Origin: Balanoglossus misakiensis | Taxonomy: Eukaryota; Animalia; Hemichordata | Assembly: GCA_040954595.2 (NCBI GenBank) | Contig: CM082594.2 | Coordinates: forward strand, 4,325,319 to 4,389,318 | DNA: 64,000 nt | Reading direction: 5' to 3' | Shown: positions 1-12,167 of the stretch, one piece after another | Numbering within the stretch: position 1 is the stretch's first letter | Layout: the number at the start of each line of letters is the position of its first letter | The notes under the pieces: model-generated | Databases searched by the model: none | Told to the model about the DNA's origin: nothing | The model's input: only the letters and a program-made list of their open reading frames with translations | Position numbers and translations under genes: made by a program

Positions 1-78
1 GTCTGTATGCGAATAAATTTTTATACATGTACTATATCTAGTATATATATGGATACTGATTATACTGTTCACATGCAG

Positions 79-2199
79 GAACTACCTAATGAGAGTCCCA
101 GCACTGACCAAGCTGCCCCTGCCGGAAGACCCAATCTGATGGCAATGCAGGCAAACAGAGAGACAAAAATAAAGAGATTTAAAGAGAAGAAGCAGTTGGA
201 GGAAAAACTCAGGGCTCTCGGTCATCCGTCAGAAATAAACACCAAAGATGAAGATGTACAGGTTTGTCGTGATAGGTTACTACACAATTTTTAAGAGACA
301 GACTTGTACAGTGTTTGACATGTTCAGTGTTCGAGTTGACAAGGATTGGCAAATCTTGAACAGTTGTGCATAGGACTGTCAATCGCCTGCTATCCTGCTA
401 TACTGATTACCACCAGCCAATCAGATCTCTCATAACACAGTATACTTCAAGCATACATGTAATATGTTGTACTTTGATAATTTTACGGTTTCACTGATTG
501 GATATTGGTTTGGATGAAAAAATGTAACATGTCTATTGTTGCCACCTTTATCATAATGCAGAGAGTATTCTTCATCACGCTTGTCAAAAAGTGGTCCAGT
601 GAAATCGTAGATGACTATGCAAGCCTGTTGCAAGAAATAGAAATCTTAGGACACATGCAACATGTTAAAGATCAAGAGAAAACCAAGGGTCAGGATAGAC
701 GGCAACAACAGCCTCCTCAAAACCATCCACCAAGACAGGTAAGTGTGGTTATATTACAGTGATGGGGGAATTTAGTCAAAGTTTTCGATGACTTCGGGGA
801 ATAAAAAGTTTCGCTGAATATGTTGACAGAGAAAATAAAGCATCAGTTTGTACAAACGTAAAACTTCTTTGATGCATGAGCACAGACAAGCACGCACGCA
901 CACACGCATGCACACACACACACTCACACACACACACACTTACAAAGGGATGTAATTATGATGTTCTGTTACTGAAGGACATTCCCCACTATTTTGCAGC
1001 CCCTGAAACCATTTATTCTCACAAGAGATGACATACAGGCCAAGGTGTTTGGTGCAGGCTATCCGAGCCTACCAACAATGACACTGGAGGAATACTACGA
1101 AAAAGAAATCAGGGAGGGTAAAATTCTGCCATCATCGTAAGTAATTTCTGAAACAGTGGTGTCTGTGACTGTTTCCCTTTATTTTTGAAAGATATTTCAG
1201 CTTAATTTATAATCTATCATAACTAGTGTTGGTCATTTCTTGCTTTTACACCCAAACAGTTTTTTCATTCCTTTTTATGACACTATTAAATTTTTTTCTA
1301 TCACTGCCCCCAAATTACATCTTTAAAGAAATACATCAGTTATGACATGTCAACGTAAACTGACCCCGCGAAGTACCTTCATACTAACTACAGCCATTGG
1401 CAACTTCAAATAACAACTGCTGTATAAACAGTGCCCCCATCACTACCCACCAGAACAGGCTGTTTAGTTTACATCACAGCTCTCCAAAGTTTATTGATGA
1501 ATGAATACAGGAGGGTCTATTATTGCAAAGGGGCAGAGAACATAAAGTGTTTGGGCAACGCATTTAGACAATGAGTTGAAGGCAAACAGGTGTCCTATGT
1601 CGTCCTGTGTCCGTGTGTGTGTAACTGTGTATGTATGTATGTGTGTGTATGTATGTATGTGTGTGTGTGTGTGTGTGTATGACACCAATAAAGTCACAGG
1701 ATCTCACCCTTTTCTCTTCAATAAATCTCCCTCTGACAATTCCAGGAACCAAGGTCAGGTCAGTGAACGAGAGGCTGCTGAGCAAAGAGAAATCAAGAAA
1801 GAGAAAGAAATGGAAGGAGACGACAAGGAGGCCTTGAAGAAAGCGAGAGAAATGGACGACTGGAAGGACGGTGAGTTTTCAAATTTTATGTAAATTATGT
1901 TAATTAGTATTACAAAGTACTGTAAAACACTTTATTTTCGTGAGTTGATATTTTCGCGATATCAAGGAGACCACTGTTTCGCGAGTATTAATTTTCGCGT
2001 TCTCTTATTTCATTCACTGCATTGTTATCTTCAAATAAATTTACGCGACTATTTATTTTCATGCTATTTTGGCTCTCGCATATTTCGTGAAAATTTTATT
2101 GCATTCTGAGCAAAATAAAAAAAAAATTGATGTAAGAATCTTTCCTCGTGTGTTTCAGATAACAAACGGGGTTCAGGAAATCGACAGAACATGGGGTGA
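79..2199 (+). CDS. IGBP1: Immunoglobulin-binding protein 1 / alpha4 / TAP42 (PP2A regulator), 3' part; 5' exons lie upstream of the window
   Basis: Exons 79-261, 562-738, 1000-1136, 1746-1870 and 2159-2199, all GT-AG with consistent phases. They encode [46 protein letters not shown] and [22 protein letters not shown], matching the TAP42/IGBP1 C-terminus. AATAAA at 2362-2367. Confidence 0.95.
885..938. repeat. (CA)n-type microsatellite
   Basis: cacgcacgca...cacacacacac in an IGBP1 intron. Confidence 0.9.
1612..1680. repeat. (TG)n/(TATG)n microsatellite
   Basis: Directly visible; it produces the spurious HTHT and VCVC ORFs. Confidence 0.9.
1918..2102. mobile_element. MITE fragment (TACTGTAAAA terminus family), related to 10593-10786
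   Basis: Begins TACTGTAAAAC; the body is similar to the reverse complement of 10593-10786. Confidence 0.6.
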
Positions 2200-2587
2200 T
2201 GGTGCCAAATTTCGCGGGACTGTTCCAAGCATTGGAAAGTGGGGATGGACACTTCACAGGGTACAACGAGTAAAATGGGATCGCTGGCATTTTGTGGAAA
2301 TTTTAATTTGCTTATGAGATAAAGAGACTACAAATGAACGTGAATTATGGAAAAATGATACAATAAACAGATAATTTAATAATTGTTAAGTTTTATTACT
2401 GAATCCTGGTAACTGAAATGAAATGCTATTCATTAATCCGTGATTGAAGATAATTTTTGTTAAAGGGAAGCGGTTCTCACGCTGTGTGCCCATAAGGAGT
2501 CATGACCCTGAGTGTATGCAAGTAACAACTTGCTTGAACCCTGAACTTGATCACAAAACTCAACATACAATCTGCCTCCATCACACC

Positions 2588-2679
2588 TTAACCCTTTATC
2601 ACCATGGTTTGGTCCAACTGCATTGTTTTCAATGGCAAAGTTGGACCTGTACACAGTGAAATGGGGGTGAAGGGCTTAA
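2588..2679. mobile_element. About 85-bp TTAA-flanked piggyBac-like mini-element
   Basis: TTAA-CCCTTT...GAAGGGC-TTAA; homologous to 3861-3943. Confidence 0.6.
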
Positions 2680-2857
2680 ACTGATTGGTCATCCCTGAAA
2701 TTCAAACACACTCTCTTGAGCTACTTCTGAATACGGCAGTGCACTAAAATAATAGAGCTGTGTTTGAACTTCACAAAGTTGTTTCCAATACAACTTTCCG
2801 ACTGGACTACACAGTTCATCAGCTGTTATGAAAAGTAAACTCTAGCAAAACTTCCGG

Positions 2858-5711
2858 TCAGCACCATCCAGGGGACCACGCGCCGCCGAAATTTCCGGGA
2901 TTTGCCGCGAAGGTTAACGACGTCTTCTCGAAAGCCGGTACTGCTTTTTTCGCCTCTTCTTCTATTCTTTCCGTGAGTTCCTTCACCTTCCTGGGCATTT
3001 TCTTCGAAAGGTCGTGTTTTTCCAATGGATCGTCTGTGGGAAAATCAATAAGGATGGCATGGAAAGGCTAATCAGAAAAGACAAGTTGTGTGCAGGTCTT
3101 GTTTGGTACTTCATATAACAGGCATGATCATGTCTTTATCACCAATGCTTCTTTTACATTTTGATCCATCTGACTTTTAATAAATAAAATACAAGACATG
3201 TCACCTTAATCTAGTACCTTGATATTGCAATTATTGTTATTATTAATTCTTTATTTCAGACTATAAACATGTTCATATAGAATAATTACAGAATGGGGAA
3301 AATACCAAAAAAAAATAGTGACATTAAGAATAATTCATAAGCATACATCTGCTTATAAAAATACATTTCTGTATATATCAACTCAATGCTTAAAGTGAAG
3401 GTGTCTTGGCGCCGCATTTGTTTGTAAACATTACAATTCATCCGCAACAAATAGATCATTCTTAGAATGAACGAAGCAGCCAACTGTAGTGTAGACTGGG
3501 CATGGCAGCAACTGAAGATCCTAGTAGGTCATGGTGACTGCAGTGAGGTTTGTCTGGTATGGGAGGACATATTCTCATCAAGGGGGACACCCTCGCGGTG
3601 CGACGACCCCTTCCCTTTAAGTAATTTATACTTTTCATTTATGGTTTTGTATTTTGAATTGCATAACAAAAAGAAGATACAGACAGACATGAATGAATGA
3701 ATGAATGAATAAAAAAATAAGTAAATCAAATTAACACAGGCTTACCTTTTAAGTTAAACAGATGCACTTTACTAGGCAGAATACAAGATCCGTTTCCATA
3801 TTTTCCATCAACTTCAGGTGGCGGAGCCCAGCAACCTGGAAGTACGAGAATGATTAGAGTTTAACCCTTTCACTACCATGGTTCAGTCCCAAACCATTGT
3901 AAGGTTGGACCTCTAAAGAGGGAACTGGGGGTAAAAGGGTTAAAATTAATATATCCGGAGTCAGAGGATTTTTTATGAAACTTCTGAATTCCACAGAAAT
4001 ATGACATGTAGGCTTTGGTTTGATCCGAGAGAACTGATATTGATGCCTTGACTTGCATTTGTGTTTAATATAAATACATATCTGAACTAATGAAGACCAG
4101 ATGTATAGTTGGCTGGTTCATGGATGTTCCAGGACCTTTACTTACACGGCCCTCTCCAGCTTTCTCGGACATCTGAAAACAGAACAGCAAAGAACCAGGA
4201 AATCTAAAGATTGGCAAATGCCATTGTCTACATACCATTGTTGCTTCGATCACCACCTAAAAGTAGCAGCTTGAAATTGCCGTACCTGTTGTAAAGGGAA
4301 TTTATGATATGTATATTGACAATGTATCTTTTTAGTACCAATAGTACAATATCAATTACAAGTTCCATTGCAATATTCTGTTGATCAAACTTTCAAAAAA
4401 TTCAGCATCAAAAGGGGACAGAGTGAGGGTTCTCTTGTTGTGTAAAAGCTTGGAGAATGTTACTTTTTTCCATTGCATCCAAATTTCAAAACCCCCAGCC
4501 CATTGTCGTTGTTGATTCTGTCTTGGCCCCTTTATGAATATCAGCTAGCATGAAGGGAGGTGCTTATTCTCTGATGAGTACTGGACACAATATCATTTGG
4601 TTTTGTTTCTATGAGAGAGAGGGTTTTGTTTCTATGAGAGAGAGGGTTTTGTTTCTATGAGAGAGAGGGTTTTGTTTCTATGAGAGAGAGGGTTTTGTTT
4701 CTATGAGAGAGAGAGGGGAGGGGGAGGGAGAATATGATTCTGACAACCTGACACTATGTGGAATGGGGATGCCTTTTTGTGAGTTTACCTAATTGCTGCT
4801 ACATCCCACTTCTGCATGATGTTGTACACAAATTCTTTTCTTGGCGAAGGTGCATTCCTAGTCAGAGCGCCCCACACGTCAATGCCATCCATTTCTGGAT
4901 CTGAGACAGTAACAAATATGTATTGACAACATGGTAAATGACATACTGGTACATGTATGATTACAAGTGTCATGGTCATTAAATATGATGGAACGTATTA
5001 AAAGTCAGTCTGATTAAAATCAGACGTAACATTAGGCGCCGTCTTTACCTTTGCTGTTCTGTTCCGAAGGACCTGAGAAGGCCAAGACAGAGAACAGAAC
5101 AGCCAAGAATCAGCTAAGGTAAAGACAGCGCCTTACACCTTATTTTGATCAGATTGATTTAAAATACCAACCTGTTATATTTCCACCAGCAAGCTTCACC
5201 AGTGTAGGATACCAGTCAATGATATGAATCAGCCTGTGGAATGAAATATATATAAAATCCATTAAATAAACTTACAGGTTTCAAACTCAGACCCTATAAC
5301 AAAATATATGCACAAGTACCAGCACACAAAAATATATGCTGGTACTTGGCCAAAACTCAACCTGTAAAGGTATGCATGAAGCCAAGGTTAACACATTGTA
5401 TGTATACACACCCATTATATGTGTACCCGGTATTTGGAAGAATGTTGCCATGGACGAATCCCACAGCCCGGGTGCCACCTTCGAATAACGTCTTTTTGGT
5501 GCCCAGCAGCGGCCAATTGTTGCCCTCGTACGCTTCATTCTGTGGTGCGCCATTCTACATAAAAAGACAAAAGATTGTGACGTTGTTGGTGATTATGATG
5601 ACGATGAGAATTGCTTCATAAGCATCGATACTTCTTGAGATATTCACATTGATTCTCGAGAAGTATCATGAAATAATTCTCCACAGGTGATGATGATGGT
5701 GGTGGTGGTGG

Positions 5712-5758
<47 letters not shown>

Positions 5759-8700
5759 GCTTCATAAGCATACAAGCAAGAAAGCATACAATAAATGATA
5801 CAAACTTACATCTGACGAAAACACCACCAAAGTGTTTTCCCATAGTCCATTTTGTTTTAATGTTTTGACAACTTTCCCAATGCCATCGTCCAAGGCTGTA
5901 ATCATACCTGCAAAGGATAATGGTTCCCAATTTTTAATTAAAAACACAAGACAATCACTTTAATACATACAACTTTAAACAGCCATTGCTTCTACCAAAT
6001 TGAACCATGTGTTTAAAAATGTTTCTGTCTGAACAGAAAGGGCTGCACACTTATCTTTGATTACATTTTCTATGCGAAACTTATATTGTAAATACATTCA
6101 TTAAAGTGAATTTATTTGTATAATTGTTTGGTCTTACCCAATATTATCCTTCGCCTTTCGTTCTCCACAGAAGGATACATATCAGTGTATTTTTGTGGAA
6201 CCTGTTGTGAGAGAAACAAAACATGATCAACAAACATAGAATGTAATCAAGGAAGTTTAAAGTACTTGATCGATTAAATAAAAATGGCAGCTGTTGGTGC
6301 TTTAAAACAGATCGTCACTTATCGCAAAGTCATAACGCCTTGGGGACAGGGGTCGACTACATCCTGCAATCAAATTACGTAGCTATGGGAAAATGCTTTG
6401 ATACACAAAAACATATGAATACAGAAAGCACTTAATTTTAAATGTTCTGTGCACCAGGTGCTGGTGATAGACATGTAATAGGAGACCTCAAACGCTCTCT
6501 AAAAATAGAGGATCTTATTTTGACAAGAATATGATCCATTTCCGAAACGAAAGCATTTGTTCATGGATATTAATGTTATAAGACAAAGATACACAAAGCG
6601 ACAACTGTGACTTTACCTGTAGCGGAGAATGGACGTTTTGATAAGCCAGGTACATGAACATTGGTTTGGTTTTGTCGTGGTTGTTGATGTATTCCACAGC
6701 CTTGTCGGTGTACAGATACTACAACAGAAAAAAAATGTTTCGGATCAATTCTCAATAATGGTAATTATTGGTGGCCATTCTTGCAGTAACATGTGTAATT
6801 TTATTAGCAATAAATAAATAAATAAAATATAGCTGCAAGCAGCGATGACGGGCACAAGCTTAAGCCGAAAGTCAAAGGTCATATGTGGTCACCCAAAATT
6901 TGGGCAAAAAATTTTGACCCCATACTAGTCCAGGTCCAACAAAAACCAGACCTCTAGCCCTATTGGTTCGCCTAGAATTAGATATGCACATAATTAATGA
7001 GGTAAAGTATAAGGCTCCATTAGGAGTTCCATGCCTCCAAATGCCAAGGCTGTATCTGCATGGGTTGACGAGATACGGTAAAGTAGGTCAAAGGTCACCT
7101 GAGGTCACCCAAAATTGGGCAAGAAATTTTAACCCCATACTGGACCATGTTCAACAAAAATCAAACCTCTAGCCCTATTGGTTAGCCTGGAATTAGGTAT
7201 GCACATAATTAATGAGATAAGCAGGTGTCACAGGTGACCCCAAATTTTGTCTTTTCAATTTTAGTCACAACCCTCCAAACGCCAAGTCTGTACCTGCTGT
7301 GGATGCCGAGATATAGGAAAGTAGGTCAAAGGTCACCTGAGGTCACCCAAAATTTGGGCAAAAATTTTTGATCCCATACTAGTCCATGTCCCACAAGAAC
7401 AAAACCTCTAGCCCTAATAGTTAGCCCGGAATTAGGTATGCACATAATTAATGAGTTAAGCAGGTGTTACAGGTGAGCCCAAAATTTTGTCTTTTATATT
7501 GGTCCCATTCAGCTCACGGGCCACTAGACTGTCACTGTACAGGACAATTGCACAGACGTGGACATAGCGTCATAGCTTAACTATAGAAAGTATAGGCCTA
7601 TGGCTGGGTGCACAAATATGACAAATAATATTTAATAATCTTCTTCTCAAAATAGACTTGGCCCATGGCCTTGACATTTGGCATGTAGGACACTGACCGC
7701 ATGGTCCGCAAAAATTGCTAAAAGAATTTTGATATCTCTATTCATATGCAAATTAAGCCCATTTGAAAACTTTGCCCATATATGGTCATCAGGTCACATG
7801 ACTTATTAAACATTCACGAGGGTACTGCACCAGCTCTCATAGGCCTGCATCACTGTGCCAAGTTTGAGATTTGTAGGTTCAGCCGTTTTCAAGATCCTAT
7901 TGGGCAAAAAAACTACACAAGAAAAAGAAGAGGATGAAAAACCCCAGTAATACCAATAGGGCACAAGCCTGCTTGGCTTGTGCCCTAATAAATCTAAATG
8001 TATAAACTAGGAGAATTTAAACGTTGATGTCTCCATGAAAATATTCTCATTGATCATTTCCTACTAAACTTCACTTTTTTGTGCTTTCAGAATTACATAA
8101 TGGACTCAGAGATGCACACTTTGTACGCCCTGATGTGCTCCATTATATACGCCTCCCACATCACATGTCACATATGGTCATGTGCTTTTGTCCATTAATG
8201 GTCGGCGGGATGTACTTTACGGTTTAACATTGCTCTTTCAGTGAAAAAACAGCATTATTTGCAGAAAGCAAGGTGCCACCATGTTATTTTCAATGCCCCA
8301 TTCAGACAGCAATAATTGAATATAATAGGAGCATGCATGGTTGACCTTTGACCTGCATTTACATGGCCAAAAATGACAAACTTATACTTAATCACTTCAT
8401 CGTGTCTAGAGGTAATGTATGAGAGAGGGTTGTATGTAACCTATTAAAGGCACCCAATCACTTCTAATTTACATATGCCCATATTATGGGTAAAAAGGCA
8501 TATCCTTTTCTTTGGGTGACCTTATGTGGTGACACACTTTTTTTCATGGCCACCCACTGAAAATCTATGATTGGCTAGATCTCACCTAAATTTCCATGGT
8601 AACTGTGCTCAAATTTGCAATGGTGACTGTATACCTGTAACCCTTGTCAAACTCCTGTTCTGATGGCAATCAAGTTGTCTCATTTTAGAGTTTTACATTT

Positions 8701-11700
8701 TTCCATGTGAAGCATACGGTAAGGGTCTCCAACAAATATCCATTTCCCCTCTGTACTCCCATCCCTTCCATTTTACATTCATTACAGAATACTTACCGAT
8801 GAATAAGTTCCATTCTGACTCCAGTCGGGCTTGAAGTTGTCGTGGAGATCTAGACCCAAAGCTGGATGAGGGGAAAATATTGCCAATTAAATGAAAACAA
8901 CATTGATAATTTAATTTAACGGAATAAATAAGATGTTTGCCTCAGTTTAGTACTTCACATTTCAGGCATTTATGTGAAAATTACTTTTTATTAATGCTAT
9001 AGGAGGCCAACACGCTACATGTCACCTTTTTGATATCTGATGGTGTATATAAAAGGTCTCACATAAGCATTTCAGACGACCCTTCCCCTTTAATTACCAA
9101 ATAGCAAATGTGTACGTACAAGCTGTATGTGTGTAGTGATCTCCACCAGGGAGATAGAACCCATAGAACTTGTCGAAACCACGTCTGTTTGGTGTGTATT
9201 CCTTTTTACAAAATCCCAAATGCCACCTGTTAATCAAATCAGTTTGAATCATTCACAATGGCATTAATGTGTAATGTGTGATGCGCCAGATCACTGGGTA
9301 TTTCGTGAATAATTACAAACAAATTTATGACAATGAAATCAAAATTAATTGTCTGCACTGGTAATTACAAGAGCCAATATTTTACTTTGTATTATGAATA
9401 TGAAATTACTGATACTCGCATCATTCATTTTTCGTTCATTCATTCATTCATTGATTCATTCATTCATTCATTCATTCATTCATTGATTCATTGATTCATT
9501 CATTTCTTCATTCATTCATTCATTCATTCACTCATTCATTCATTTCTTCCTTCCTTCCTTCCTTCCTTCGTTCCTTCATTCATTCATTCATTCATTCTTA
9601 CTTGCCAACCATATAAGTTGAATAGCCGAGTTGTTTTAGTTTTCTTGGCAGGAATGTGTAATTTAAAGGAACTCCTTCTGGTAGTCTTTGCCACATCCCC
9701 CCTGTCTGAAATCAAACAAAAAAAACTATTACTATTAAAACCATATTGTACTCATGAAAATACACCACTGGCTTTACTGTGATCCAACTAAAATAATGCG
9801 TAAAATAAGCAAAAAGGCAGACATATAGATAGACAGACAGACAGACTGACTGACAGGGATATACACAGATGCATGGGTGGCCAGAAAAACAGCCAATACG
9901 TAATCTATTATATTTATTCCTAAAATAGCATTTGTGAACCATTTGTATCTGCATTATCCATGATAACTATTATATTATAAAGTATGAAACAAAACGTACC
10001 TGCACCCCTAGGCGATATGAGTAATATCCCGTCATCAGAGACGCTCTAGATCTGAAATTGAGATTTTTTATACTGTTTATAGAAACCCATTACTGAATAC
10101 TTTGTTTTATACATGTAATTGTCTGTTCTTTGTTTGTTTGGGGTACAAAGTTACTATTCTTTTAGTTATTTGGATATTTTCAAAAACATAGGTACGTACA
10201 TCCACAAAACACACCCACCCACCTAGCTGTTGTCCAAAAGTACGTTATGCCACTAGATAAAGTCAAATAATGGGATGTTAATGTTTTCGACTTACGGAGA
10301 GCATGACTGGTAAACATAGGATTGGTTCAGGATGATTCCTTCTCTAGCAAGTGTATCTAATGTGGGACTGATGACATGAGGATTGTTGTAACCTATATCA
10401 CTCCATCCTGAAAAGAAACAACAAAATAGGAGAGATTTGTTTTTTTTAAGACAATTAATTTTTATCACTATCTGGGATGTGCAAAGATATATATTGGATA
10501 CACGAACAACTAGTGTATAAATCTATGTATAGGTATTAAAATGGTTGATATTAATGCTAGTATTACTTCCAGTTTGTCCCAGTCAGAGTTTATAATGTAA
10601 AACGGGTTATTTCCACGAGCAATAAATTTTCGTGAAAAACGCGAGAGCCAAATCAACGTGAAAATAAAAAATCGCGTAAAATGTTTTTCGGAGATACCTA
10701 TGCAGTTAGTGAAATACGAGAACGCAAAAATTAATCCTTTGATATCGCGAAAAATAACTGTCGCGAAAATAAACCGTTTTACAGTACATAAAAAGATGCA
10801 ACAAGAATGAAATATTTGGCGGCAGCTTTTATATGTAAAAAAGTGAAATACAAAAAGAGGAAAGACCTAAAGCAAACAACTGTCTGTAATCCTCGTCATC
10901 AGATTTTATTCCAGGACATGGCAGCTTGTGTATTGACTTAAATGTACATAGACACTATTACAGGATTATAAAAACAAAAGACGATAAAAGGCACTGTCAC
11001 TCCATATTGTGTTTAGTGTTGAATTATGATGATTTTTCTTAAGTTAATCTCTCTCTGCGTATCTATGCATTGCACATTTGCTAATATTAAAAAGCTGGAT
11101 CTGAACTGATAGAAAAAGCTGCAGCGGGAACTGCCCACTGGTGAACGTAAATTACATATGACTTTTTAGCAGCGTTAGTTGTCTAAATGTTTGATATCTC
11201 ATCTTGTTGAAAAAAGTCCATAAAAATTCAAGAACATAGATCTGTATCTTCTGAAGGTATACTTCTATAGGTTGCCATGACAACTGACGCGGAAGCACAC
11301 TGTCAAGTGAGTTAATTTGCATTAAGTGCACGTGGTTTGCCTTTCATTGCCCTACTTCGGTCTGGTTTTCTGTTGTCAAATCGAACACTCGATCTTGGGA
11401 AAGTAAAATTTTATGGGCCATCATATTTCAAACTTCTCTACACATGTTACCCTACGTTATTTCGCACAATGAGCGCATATTTGTGAGGGCACACACTGAC
11501 CATAAAAATAGCTTACTAGTACGTAGCAATCATCTCAATCCCTTTTATCCCAGTGTTTGAGTATGCGTGGAGTCTGACTTTTCAGTGTTTGGTTTGTTTG
11601 CACATCAGTCCTTTTGTTTCTCTTTTGTTTCAGTCCCAATAAACAGTTTCGTGAGCAGACGGAAATTCTTTCGTTTATAGAAATGCCCACACCAACAAAC

Positions 11701-12167
11701 ATGGGGCTTTAATATTGTACAAAGCAATATGTTAACGACATTGAGCAACATTTGTTCATGTGTTTGACCTACATGGGTAACTCAGTTTGTATGCGAAAAA
11801 AGTACATTTGCACTCACAAGCATCTGACCAAATAGTATATAGAAATCATAATGTCAACAGGGGAGTCACAGAAAATCACTAATGTGCGTCCGCAAATGTC
11901 ACACTTAAACATTAAATATGCTTACAACATGGAAAATTGCTTCGCGAAATAGCCTGGCAAAGTGACGTACCTGGTAGAACTGAGAAATTACCATATAAGT
12001 GTAAAAGACTATATATACTTACCAAGATCATCAGCAAGAATGAAAACAATGTTGGGCTTCTCTTCATGTAGATATATGGTAGTGACCATTGATTTCCTCG
12101 CATACAGCCAGACGAAATACACAGATGTAAGCACGGAACAGATAGCTATCTGGAAAGCGAAGCGCAT
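2858..12167 (-). CDS. Arylsulfatase B/I/J-like sulfatase (formylglycine-dependent), about 502 aa, 16 exons
   Basis: Exons (minus strand): 12167-12023, 10407-10296, 10051-10000, 9705-9602, 9226-9120, 8861-8797, 6718-6617, 6201-6138, 5907-5810, 5554-5412, 5233-5172, 4900-4789, 4285-4236, 4172-4146, 3835-3746, 3033-2858; total 1509 nt in frame. Motifs: hydrophobic N-terminus, KPNIVFILADDLGW, CSPSRASLMTG (FGly motif split by an intron), GKWHLG, YLAYQNVHSPLQ, SSDNG, KKTLFEGGTR, HIIDWYPTL, GAWSPGWC*. Confidence 0.93.
3861..3943. mobile_element. About 75-bp TTAA-flanked piggyBac-like mini-element
   Basis: TTAA-CCCTTT...AAAGGG-TTAA; shares the ACCATGGTT and AGTTGGACCT-like core with 2588-2679. Confidence 0.65.
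4599..4715. repeat. 23-bp minisatellite x5
   Basis: GGTTTTGTTTCTATGAGAGAGAG at 4599, 4622, 4645, 4668 and 4691. Confidence 0.95.
5005..5158. mobile_element. Palindromic MITE; family members at about 24803-24951, 31085-31219 and 40923-41081
   Basis: Inverted GGCGCCGTCTTTACCTTTGCTG / CAGCTAAGGTAAAGACAGCGCC arms, with TCAGTCTGAT and ATCAGATTGA ends. Homologues lie in intron 1 of each EGF receptor copy. Confidence 0.7.
5686..5757. repeat. (GAT)n/(GGT)n microsatellite
   Basis: Directly visible in a sulfatase intron. Confidence 0.95.
6827..7990 (+). mobile_element. Non-autonomous Helentron/HINE-like element with three internal 215-240 bp repeats
   Basis: Subterminal GGGCACAAGC at 6850; 3' hairpin GGGCACAAGCC-TGCTT-GGCTTGTGCCC at 7959-7985; internal repeats start near 6871, 7087 and 7325; A-rich flanks. 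Classification is by architecture only. Confidence 0.65.
9420..9596. repeat. (TTCA)n/(TTCC)n compound microsatellite
   Basis: Directly visible; abuts the splice donor at 9597-9601. Confidence 0.95.
10593..10786. mobile_element. MITE with TA-flanked TIRs (Tc1/mariner-like)
   Basis: TAATGTAAAACGG...CCGTTTTACAGTA. Confidence 0.7.

Noticed and set aside
11271-11284. RFX X-box-like palindrome GTTGCCATGACAAC
   Set aside because: Similar GTT-N-CCATRG-N-AAC motifs are scattered through the window (e.g. about 21298), so a single intronic match is not evidence of function.
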